Below are positions 14,262 through 21,644 of a stretch of DNA of 37,474 bases, in pieces. Origin of the DNA: an uncultured Bdellovibrionales bacterium (GTDB lineage: Bacteria; Patescibacteriota; Minisyncoccia; Moranbacterales; GWC2-37-73). The first letter of the stretch is position 1, and the number at the start of each line of letters is the position of its first letter. Made by a program: the position numbers and the translations under genes. The stretch is taken from the NCBI GenBank assembly GCA_964485555.1, contig CAZAJN010000078.1, positions 1 to 37,474 of the forward strand. The letters run 5' to 3'. A model generated the notes under the pieces. The model searched no databases. It saw only the letters and a list, made by a program, of their open reading frames with translations, and was not told where the DNA came from.

Positions 14262-16400
14262 TCAAGGAATAAATGTTGGATTCGTTGCCCATGCTGCGCG
14301 AGCTTTATTTGTCATTTTTCCAAATGCCTCCTGATGAGCCGCTTTATTGTTACTATTTGCATAATGCCTGCTCACATAATTCTGGAGAGCAACATCCGTA
14401 GTAATATCTTCATGTAATTTCTTTTGTTTTCCAAAACTCTCAGGGTTTAATTTATTCAATTCTTCCTCATAAATTTGAGAATTAGTTCTTCCACCCTTAT
14501 TAAAAGTCATTTCATAATTTAATAATTTTTTCACATTTTCCTTTCTAACCTTGCCCTTTATTTTTCCACTAATGGCCTTTTCTTCATCACTTCCAACGGT
14601 CATGCCCGCAGTTGCAGCATGTAAAACTGAATTTAATTTTATATGATCAAGCTTATCGCTATCGGCGACATTTTCAGCTGCATCAATTGCTCGATGACGC
14701 AATTCAAAATTAGTTCCTGATTTCTCCAATACCTTTTGCAGAACTTCAGGATTACTCATGGCTGTCTTATCAGAAATGAGAGCCTTAACAGCTGCCATAC
14801 TCTCATGCGAATTTTTACTATCAAGATCTTTTGCAATAATGTCAGCAGTATAGTTTCTATCCTTGTATTCTTTCATTCTATCAGCAATTTTTGTATCTTC
14901 AATTTTTTTCTTAGCTCCTTCATAACCCTTACGCCCACCCGTAATCCCGCCAGACCATCTCGCCTCTCTTTGCTCCCTGGTTTCTGTTCCCATGAATGGA
15001 ATCTTCTTTCCAAAAAGCTTACCCTTCTTGTCAAAGTCCTCCTTAGCTTTCTTGGTTGCGCCATAAACTCCACTGTAATGTCCGGGTGCATTTGCAAGCC
15101 ACTTTCCACCCTTTTTCACACCATTCACAACAGTGTCCGCGCCTGCAATTCCAAAAGATTTTGCAACACCAATTCCCATCCACAGGATTATGATTGGTAT
15201 TGCATAAAAAGCCGCGCTCGCAATCCAGGTGACCTGCCCTGCTGGAGCATTTGTACTGGCATTTGAAATGAAGGGTTGGAAATTTTCCTTTCCCAAGGCT
15301 TCCGTAATGCGCAATGAAATTGCCATGATAAAGATCATGATGGGGGCAAAAAATGAATAATTGAAAAGTTTTTTCCACCAATCATCTGCGTAGCTGGACG
15401 TCGAAGGAAAAATATAGCCTACAAAACCCACTGGTGAGAACATTATAAGCATAGCTAGAGCAACCAAGCGCACCACAAAAAGACCTGCGACGACCATCAA
15501 TGTCATGCCCATAATGAAAACAACCACAATCATCGCAACCAAATAAGCAACACTGTAATCAGAATAATCCCCTGGAGCAAGCAATTCTCCCAATTTTGAT
15601 GAAGCATTAAGTCCTGCAAAAATAGCATTCCCGGTCACAACCCCACCAGATTGAAACAAATGGTTCACGAAATAATAAAAAGCAACATTAGAGATATCAA
15701 TAATGAATCTCGCAATCGGAAAACTAAAATTGACAAGGAGTGAATTGATCAAGATGTTGAGCCAAACTTTTTTTAAATTCCATTTGTCCACCTGAAAAAT
15801 CGTACAGAATGCCGCAAACAAAAGCACCAGGATAAATGTCATGTTCAAAAGATCACGAACCATGATCCAAACATCCTTGATTGCCTGTTTATTAAGCACG
15901 CCATTTGTCCCTGAAACACTTACAGGATCAATTGCCCAAGCAAACAAAGTTGAAGCAATGGCAAAAAGCCATCCGCAAAGATTAAAAATTCCCATCAATA
16001 ACTCCTTGAATGTGCACATCAATAGTGAATCCTTGCCACATGACTTTATATTTTCACCATTAAGTCCCTTAGTTCCAGCGCCCGGTAAACCAGCGGCAGC
16101 GCCAGCATTGCTGCCATCATTTTTGTAAGGGTTATTGCCAGTGACACCTGTCGCAACAGAATCAGCAAAAGCGCAACCACCCTTATATTCATCAAAAACC
16201 CTTTTTTGTCCTGAAGCATCAGAGCAGACACATGTTCCTGCAGATGCATTCCATGATGCACCTTCACCCTTACATGCAGATTGAGAAACTGCTTCCGCAG
16301 TATCCGTATTTGAAGAAAAAATTGCAAATGAAAACGCAAAAAACAACACCATAAAAAGCGCTTTTGTTTTTCCTCCCTGTGAAATATTTTTTCTTTTCAT
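14262..16400 (-). CDS. VirB6/TrbL-like polytopic membrane protein with Cys-rich N-terminal ectodomain and Lys-rich C-terminal tail
   Basis: The ATG at 16400 follows an AGGAAG SD and gives signal peptide MKRKNISQGGKTKALFMVLFFAFSFAIFSS. A small Cys domain (CKGEGASWNASAGTCVCSD...GGC) comes next, then 6-7 TM helices including LAMLIMFSPVGFVGYIFPSTSSYADDWWKKL (TrbL/VirB6-like). About 290 aa of charged C-terminus follows. The ORF-track extension to 16496 covers a GC-rich hairpin. Confidence 0.75.
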   Translation of the reverse strand: MKRKNISQGGKTKALFMVLFFAFSFAIFSSNTDTAEAVSQSACKGEGASWNASAGTCVCSDASGQKRVFDEYKGGCAFADSVATGVTGNNPYKNDGSNAGAAAGLPGAGTKGLNGENIKSCGKDSLLMCTFKELLMGIFNLCGWLFAIASTLFAWAIDPVSVSGTNGVLNKQAIKDVWIMVRDLLNMTFILVLLFAAFCTIFQVDKWNLKKVWLNILINSLLVNFSFPIARFIIDISNVAFYYFVNHLFQSGGVVTGNAIFAGLNASSKLGELLAPGDYSDYSVAYLVAMIVVVFIMGMTLMVVAGLFVVRLVALAMLIMFSPVGFVGYIFPSTSSYADDWWKKLFNYSFFAPIMIFIMAISLRITEALGKENFQPFISNASTNAPAGQVTWIASAAFYAIPIIILWMGIGVAKSFGIAGADTVVNGVKKGGKWLANAPGHYSGVYGATKKAKEDFDKKGKLFGKKIPFMGTETREQREARWSGGITGGRKGYEGAKKKIEDTKIADRMKEYKDRNYTADIIAKDLDSKNSHESMAAVKALISDKTAMSNPEVLQKVLEKSGTNFELRHRAIDAAENVADSDKLDHIKLNSVLHAATAGMTVGSDEEKAISGKIKGKVRKENVKKLLNYEMTFNKGGRTNSQIYEEELNKLNPESFGKQKKLHEDITTDVALQNYVSRHYANSNNKAAHQEAFGKMTNKARAAWATNPTFIP

Positions 16401-16428
16401 GAAATGACTTCCTAGAGCTATTTCGCCA

Positions 16429-16466
16429 GGCCCGCCCGCATCACTACGCGAAGCGTTGTGGGCAGG
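16429..16466. repeat. GC-rich hairpin island A
   Basis: GGCCCGCCCGCATCACTACGCGAAGCGTTGTGGGCAGG: outer imperfect stem CCCGCCCGCA/TGTGGGCAGG and inner ACGC-GAA-GCGT. A T-run follows on the plus strand. Its 5' half matches island B (GCCCGCCYCGCATCRAC). Confidence 0.6.
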
Positions 16467-16525
16467 ATTTTTTTTGTTTTTGTGCTTCAAATCCATCCGG
16501 ATTTTTCTCTTACATTTGCATTGAA

Positions 16526-16554
16526 ATTATATCACACTTTTAGCGCGAATAGAA
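16526..16554 (-). promoter_or_regulatory. Candidate extended -10 promoter for the VirB6-like/pilin operon
   Basis: Minus strand TTCTAT (16549-16554), a 17-nt spacer, then TGATATAAT (TGn + perfect TATAAT, 16526-16534), about 125 nt upstream of the ATG at 16400. Confidence 0.4.
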
Positions 16555-16692
16555 ATCTAAAATCCGAATTTTCAATGATCATTTGCCAATTTTCATTTAT
16601 TTTTTTAATGAATTAATTTTCAAGCATTGAATCACTAGATTTTCTCAAACCAAAAAAAACCGCACCAATGCATTAGGGCAGAATTCGTTTAT

Positions 16693-16745
16693 AAATTGAA
16701 TAATTGGAAATTGATTGAAAATTGAGAATTGGAAATTGAAAATTT
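16693..16745. repeat. Word-repeat spacer, family W5 (AATTGAAAAT / GGAAATTG words)
   Basis: Sequence AAATTGAATAATTGGAAATTGATTGAAAATTGAGAATTGGAAATTGAAAATTT. Related words occur at 25231-25262, 25288-25334 and 26041-26075. Confidence 0.7.
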
Positions 16746-16775
16746 AAAAAAGTTCCAGCTAAGGCTGGAACTTTT
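16745..16775 (-). terminator. Intrinsic terminator after the LysM-CHAP gene
   Basis: Stem AGTTCCAGC (16751-16759) / GCTGGAACT (16764-16772) with loop TAAG, flanked by A- and T-runs. It directly abuts the stop codon at 16776-16778. Confidence 0.75.
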
Positions 16776-17852
16776 TTAGTATATGAATCCCTTGATCGCT
16801 CTGCTCTTGGCAGAAAGTGTTCTGGTGCTTTTTTTGGCAAAACCAGCGTAGTTCATTTCACTGACAGTGATCGTGTCGCCGCTGACCTTTTCAACCAATG
16901 CAACGTGTCCGTAATATCTGTTTTCAGTCGTGACAACAATTGAGCCGACGCGCGGGGTTTTTCCAGTGGCATATCCGGCAGCTTTTGCATGATACAGCCA
17001 AGTTCCAGCGTTTCCTCCCCAAGGCACATAGCGCTTTTGCGCCACATACCAGGTACAATATCCATATGGGAAACGATGACCTGTTCCAGCTTTTCCTTTC
17101 AATGTGACGCCGCCTGAAACCTCAGGGGTTCCTCCCGCTGAATTTGCATATTGTCTTTTCTCAATGATGGATGTTCCCTCAGAAGCTGGCGCGGCTGGTT
17201 TTGGCGCTTCACCTTGACCATCAGGAATGACGATCTCTTCTCCAGCCTCAAGTTTTCCATTGGCCGGCAAATCATTAAATGCAATAATTTTGTCTTTTTC
17301 TGCCTTAAATTTGGACGCGATGGCATCAATGCTGTCACCATCTTTGACGACATATTTTATTCCAGACACAGGCAAGATGAAAAGCGTGTCACCTGGCATG
17401 ATGGAATCAACGTTGTCGATATCGTTAGCCCAAAGAATGGTGTTGATTGAAACTTTGTTTTTTGATGCGATCGAACCAAGCGTGTCACCTGACTGGACAA
17501 TGTACATCTTCACGCCGCCCTCTTCCTCAGGATCTTGCATAGGACTTGCTCCACCGGTTGCAGCCATGATTCCTTGAACATTGATGACGCTGCTCGCCTG
17601 GTCTTCTTCCTTGGCTCCTGGCTCAATGGCAGTGCTAGCTTTGGAAAGTGGCACCAAGGCCAAGTCATTTTTCTTATTTACCTGTCCATTTATTTTATTG
17701 CTGCTAAGAGAAGCTGCCTCAACCGGAGTGTCCCAATAGCCGAACAAAAAACTGCCTGCACCCTTTCCGGATGAAGCATTGGTGGCAGAAACAAGCACGG
17801 CGCTTGAAACCACCACGGCAAAAGCTGAATATCTGCGAACAAGATGAAGCAA
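16776..17852 (-). CDS. Secreted peptidoglycan hydrolase, 2x LysM + CHAP domain
   Basis: LysM repeats YIVQSGDTLGSIASKNKVSINTILWAN...GDTLFILP and YVVKDGDSIDAIASKFKAEKDKIIAFN...GEEIVIP. C-terminal CHAP-like FPYGYCTWYVAQKR...YGHVALVEKV. A TTG start at 17852 gives a signal peptide (LHLVRRYSAFAVVVSSAVLVSATNA). The frame stays open upstream to about 17994 without any ATG or GTG. Confidence 0.85.
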   Translation of the reverse strand: MLHLVRRYSAFAVVVSSAVLVSATNASSGKGAGSFLFGYWDTPVEAASLSSNKINGQVNKKNDLALVPLSKASTAIEPGAKEEDQASSVINVQGIMAATGGASPMQDPEEEGGVKMYIVQSGDTLGSIASKNKVSINTILWANDIDNVDSIMPGDTLFILPVSGIKYVVKDGDSIDAIASKFKAEKDKIIAFNDLPANGKLEAGEEIVIPDGQGEAPKPAAPASEGTSIIEKRQYANSAGGTPEVSGGVTLKGKAGTGHRFPYGYCTWYVAQKRYVPWGGNAGTWLYHAKAAGYATGKTPRVGSIVVTTENRYYGHVALVEKVSGDTITVSEMNYAGFAKKSTRTLSAKSRAIKGFIY

Positions 17853-18267
17853 CTTTATAGTTCTTCTCTCTTTGATGAAGTTTGCAATTGCGCGCTGGCG
17901 AAGATAGAGCTTGGTATTAAGGTTTTTTAAGTCGATTCGCCTGAAGAAATCAGTGATGTAAGAAAAAAATGGTTTTTTACTAATAGGTAGATCCTTTCAG
18001 TTGACTTGCAGTTTTAGAGCAATACATGTTGCATGTCCAGCCTATTTGCCAAATGACAAACTGGCGCACCATCCCAGATAAATCCAGGAAAACACATCTC
18101 TCATTACCTGCAGCCTTAATTTTTAAACTGCTTACTAGTATATACCGAGCAGTAATTTTGTCAAAGGGTTTGTGCACAATAAAGGCGTATTTTAGCCAAA
18201 TAGAGCCATTATTTGCAAGGTTGTTTCATAAGAAATAGAAAGTAAGGTACAATGAATGAAAACTGGA

Positions 18268-18333
18268 TTGAATCATGAATCAAGAATTATGAATTAGCGC
18301 CTGCTTGATTCATGATTCATAATTCATGATTCG
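18268..18333. repeat. Word-repeat spacer, family W1, inverted arms
   Basis: Sequence TTGAATCATGAATCAAGAATTATGAATTA-GCGCCTGC-TTGATTCATGATTCATAATTCATGATTCG. Confidence 0.75.
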
Positions 18334-18346
18334 TAAATATTTACAC

Positions 18347-19279
18347 ATGAATTCAAATACAAAATCTTTAGCCCTGTTGTTGACTGATTTTCTCGAGTAT
18401 CTCGAAATCGAGCGCTCTCGCTCACAAAAGACGATTGAGAATTATCATCACTATCTCAAGCGTTTTTTGAGCTGGTCGAAAATTACTAGACCTGATCAAA
18501 TAACAAATGAACTCGTGCATTCCTACCGCCTCTATCTCAACAGACTGACTGATGGCAAAGGAGAAACATTGAAAAAATCCACCCAAAATTATCACGTCAT
18601 AGCTGTTCGCAGTTTTTTGAGATATCTCTCCAAACGTGACATCAAAAGTTTGTCGTGTGAAAAAATTGAAATTGGAAAAAATCCATCACATGAAATTGAA
18701 TTTCTTGACGGAGAAGAAATCGGTAGATTGTTGGCCTCGGCAGACAGCCAAGACGTGAAATCTCTTCGTGACCGCACGATTCTGGAACTCCTCTTCTCTG
18801 CTGGTCTTCGTGTCAGCGAACTTGTCCACATCAATCGCGATCAAATCAACCTCCAGCGGCAGGAGTTCAGCGTCAGGGGAAAAGGTGACAAAATCCGCAT
18901 AGTCTTTATTTCCGACACAGCCAAACAATCTATAGAAAAATATTTAGACAAACGCCAAGACATTGATCCAGCCTTATTCATCCGTTTTTCAAACAAGAAA
19001 AAAACAGAAGATCAGGAAACGAAAAGATTGACTGCCCGCTCAATTCAAAGGATTGTGAAATTTTATGCAGCCAAAGCAGGCATCGTCAAAGATGTTCATC
19101 CTCACACATTAAGACACAGCTTTGCCACTGACCTTCTCTCCAACGGCGCAGACATCCGCAGCGTGCAAACCATGCTTGGACACTCTTCCATAATAACAAC
19201 GCAGATATATACACATGTGACAAACGAACAACTGAAAAATGTTCACAAAAAATTCCACGCAAAGTCAAACTTGAATTAA
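18347..19279 (+). CDS. xerC: Tyrosine site-specific recombinase, XerC/XerD type
   Basis: N-terminal SAM-like domain (FLEYLEIERSRSQKTIENYHHYLKRF). Catalytic region includes RDRTILELLFSAGLRVSELV and HPHTLRHSFATDLLSNGADIRSVQTMLGHSSIITTQIYTHV. The ATG at 18347 is preferred over 18326, which lies inside the W1 repeat. Confidence 0.9.
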   Translation: MNSNTKSLALLLTDFLEYLEIERSRSQKTIENYHHYLKRFLSWSKITRPDQITNELVHSYRLYLNRLTDGKGETLKKSTQNYHVIAVRSFLRYLSKRDIKSLSCEKIEIGKNPSHEIEFLDGEEIGRLLASADSQDVKSLRDRTILELLFSAGLRVSELVHINRDQINLQRQEFSVRGKGDKIRIVFISDTAKQSIEKYLDKRQDIDPALFIRFSNKKKTEDQETKRLTARSIQRIVKFYAAKAGIVKDVHPHTLRHSFATDLLSNGADIRSVQTMLGHSSIITTQIYTHVTNEQLKNVHKKFHAKSNLN

Positions 19280-19300
19280 GAAGTTTGAATCATGAATCAA

Positions 19301-19330
19301 GCAAAAATCACTCAATTGGGTGATTTTTGC
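19301..19330. terminator. Bidirectional terminator (xerC / pcrA convergent)
   Basis: Perfect 11-bp stem GCAAAAATCAC / GTGATTTTTGC with an 8-nt loop, nested inside outer W1 inverted arms (19285-19301 and 19343-19377). Confidence 0.65.
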
Positions 19331-19342
19331 AATTCGCATTAT

Positions 19343-19377
19343 TGATCATGATTCTTGATTCATGATTCTTGATTCAA
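19343..19377. repeat. Word-repeat, family W1, overlapping the pcrA stop codon
   Basis: TGATCATGATTCTTGATTCATGATTCTTGATTCAA. Its partner arm TTGAATCATGAATCAAG lies at 19285-19301. Confidence 0.7.
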
Positions 19378-21551
19378 ATTTTTTCCAAATTAGCGTAGTC
19401 AGATGACAATCTTTTGATTCCGCTTTTTTTGAACGCCACCACAACAATATCATCGATGGCTGAAATGACAATACCATCTCCGAACTGATCATGCCTCACT
19501 CTTTCACCACCTTTCAAGGAGGTTTTTGTTTTGATTTTGATATTCTTTTTCAGCAATGATTCAAAAACTTTCTGCTCAGCCTCGCGGTAAGATTTTTTTT
19601 CAACCAATGTTTCCGGGATATCTTCCAAAAAACGTGAGGGGCTGTTCATTTGAGTGGAACCAAACAGGGTTCTTTGCCTTGTGAACAAAAGATATATTTT
19701 TTCTTTGGCGCGTGTCAATCCCACATACATGAGTCTTCGCTCTTCTTCCATTTCACTATAAGCCAAAAGGCTTCTGGCATGAGGCAAAATTCCTTCTTCA
19801 AGCCCGACGATGAAAACTACTGGGAATTCCAATCCTTTAGCGCTGTGAAGAGTCATCATGTGCACAGCATCCTGATCCTGATCAACGTTGTCAACATCAG
19901 AAGCCAAGGCAACTTCTTCCAAAAATGCGCTCAGCACGTCTTCATAATCTTCTTTGTTTTCATCGTATTTTGTTGCAACTGAAATAAGCTCCTTCACATT
20001 CTCCCAGCGCGGTTCGCCTTCCACACCTTCATTGGAAAGCATTTGTTCATATCCGCTTTCTTTGAAAACTTTTTCAATAAAATCAGCCAAATTTATCCTA
20101 GGCTGCAATTCTTTCATTCGCATTATAAATTCGCAGAATTTAGCGATTGCTTCTGTTTTTGATAATGGAAGTCCGCTATTAGTCAATGATTTTGTAGCTC
20201 CTGCTTCAATTGGACTCATGCCCAACACTCTCGCTGCATTGATCCATTTCCTAACAGTCGCATCGCCGATGTTTCTTTTCGGTTCATTAACCACGCGTTC
20301 CAGTGAAACACTATCAGTCAAATTTGAAATGAGTCGCAGATAGGCGATGACATCCTTGACTTCTTTTCTTTGATAAAATTTTATTCCTCCAATGATCCTA
20401 TACGGAATCGAGTTTCTCAAAAAAGATTCTTCCACTGCGCGAGATTGCGCATTGGTTCGATAGAGAATCACGAATTTCTTGAAAACTCCGTTTGCACTGT
20501 TTTTTATCTCATTGGCAATGTAATCAGCCTCATCCCGTTCATCAGCCGCCTCAAATGAAGTTATCTGTTTGCCTGCTTCCTGCTCAGTCCAAAGCTTCTT
20601 GTCTTTTCGGTTGATATTTTTTGAAATGACGCCGTAAGCCGCATCAAGAATGACTTGAGTGGAACGATAGTTCTGCTCAAGGTGAATGACCTTGGCTTCA
20701 TCGTAATCTTTTTCAAAATTCAAGATGTTCTTAATGTCCGCTCCTCGAAATTTGTAGATGCTTTGCCAATCGTCTCCCACCACGCACAAATTGCGATGTT
20801 TGCTTGCCAGCAAATTGATGAGCAAATATTGAGCGCGGTTCGTGTCTTGATATTCATCAACCATGATGAAGCGGAAAAGGTTCTGATAGTGCTCCAGAAC
20901 CTGCGGAAAATTTTTGAAAAGCTCCACCGTGAACATGATGATGTCATCAAAATCCAAACCGTTATTTTCCTTGAGCCTAGTTTGATACAAAGAATATGCT
21001 TTGGCTGTGATTTCTTCATAATATCCATTTGCTTGCTGAGCAAACTGATGCGGTCCCATGAGTTCATTCTTAGCCTTGCTGATCGAAGCAAGAATGGCCC
21101 GTGGCGCAAATTGTTGCGCATCAATTTCAAGTTCCTTCAAGACCTTTTTCATCAAAACTTGCTGGTCTTGATCATCAACAATATGAAATGTCTTGGCATA
21201 TCCCAGCGCTTCAATTTCACTGCGCAGAATCTTTGAGCAAATGGCATGAAAAGTTCCGATTGTGGGCAGCTGGTCATTGTTTCGATACAGACTGTATTTG
21301 AAATTGTGCGCCGCTTCCGGATAGAGAATCTTCACGATTCTTTCACGCATTTCACCTGCAGCTTTGTTGGTGAAAGTTACCGCCAAAATATTTTGCGGCA
21401 TGACATGGTGATTCTTGATCAGATATGCAACGCGATGAGTAAGAGTTTTTGTTTTTCCAGATCCTGCACCAGCAATTATCAAAAGCGGACCATCTGCCGC
21501 GATGACCGCCTTTTTTTGATTTTCGTTCAATCCTTCTAAAATATCCTGCAT
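19374..21551 (-). CDS. pcrA: ATP-dependent DNA helicase, UvrD/PcrA family
   Basis: 725 aa. Walker A AGAGSGKTKTLTHR, motif II VDEYQDTN, motif III/IV (GDDWQSIYKFRGA, QNYRS) and motif VI (VGLTRAKE). Confidence 0.92.
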   Translation of the reverse strand: MQDILEGLNENQKKAVIAADGPLLIIAGAGSGKTKTLTHRVAYLIKNHHVMPQNILAVTFTNKAAGEMRERIVKILYPEAAHNFKYSLYRNNDQLPTIGTFHAICSKILRSEIEALGYAKTFHIVDDQDQQVLMKKVLKELEIDAQQFAPRAILASISKAKNELMGPHQFAQQANGYYEEITAKAYSLYQTRLKENNGLDFDDIIMFTVELFKNFPQVLEHYQNLFRFIMVDEYQDTNRAQYLLINLLASKHRNLCVVGDDWQSIYKFRGADIKNILNFEKDYDEAKVIHLEQNYRSTQVILDAAYGVISKNINRKDKKLWTEQEAGKQITSFEAADERDEADYIANEIKNSANGVFKKFVILYRTNAQSRAVEESFLRNSIPYRIIGGIKFYQRKEVKDVIAYLRLISNLTDSVSLERVVNEPKRNIGDATVRKWINAARVLGMSPIEAGATKSLTNSGLPLSKTEAIAKFCEFIMRMKELQPRINLADFIEKVFKESGYEQMLSNEGVEGEPRWENVKELISVATKYDENKEDYEDVLSAFLEEVALASDVDNVDQDQDAVHMMTLHSAKGLEFPVVFIVGLEEGILPHARSLLAYSEMEEERRLMYVGLTRAKEKIYLLFTRQRTLFGSTQMNSPSRFLEDIPETLVEKKSYREAEQKVFESLLKKNIKIKTKTSLKGGERVRHDQFGDGIVISAIDDIVVVAFKKSGIKRLSSDYANLEKI

Positions 21552-21558
21552 ATTTAAA

Positions 21559-21590
21559 TTAGCTTATAGCTTTTAGCTTATAGCTTTTAG
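21559..21590. repeat. Word-repeat spacer, family W2; 14-mer AGCTTATAGCTTTT in two exact tandem copies
   Basis: Sequence TTAGCTTATAGCTTTTAGCTTATAGCTTTTAG. More W2 words at 21627-21668 run into the rsmA 3' end. Confidence 0.75.
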
Positions 21591-21644
21591 TATTTATTCA
21601 ACTATTTAATTGTAGCACACTTATTAAAGCCTGAAAGCTAGCAG

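Noticed and set aside
16401-16496. N-terminal ORF-track extensions at 16401-16496, 7580-7642, 23467-23577, 25223-25264, 28628-28663, 35791-35823 and 11299-11322.
   Set aside because: The extensions are encoded by spacer word repeats or GC-rich hairpins, or begin at GTG/TTG codons. Internal ATGs give canonical N-termini (signal peptides, conserved family starts) and in some cases a proper SD.
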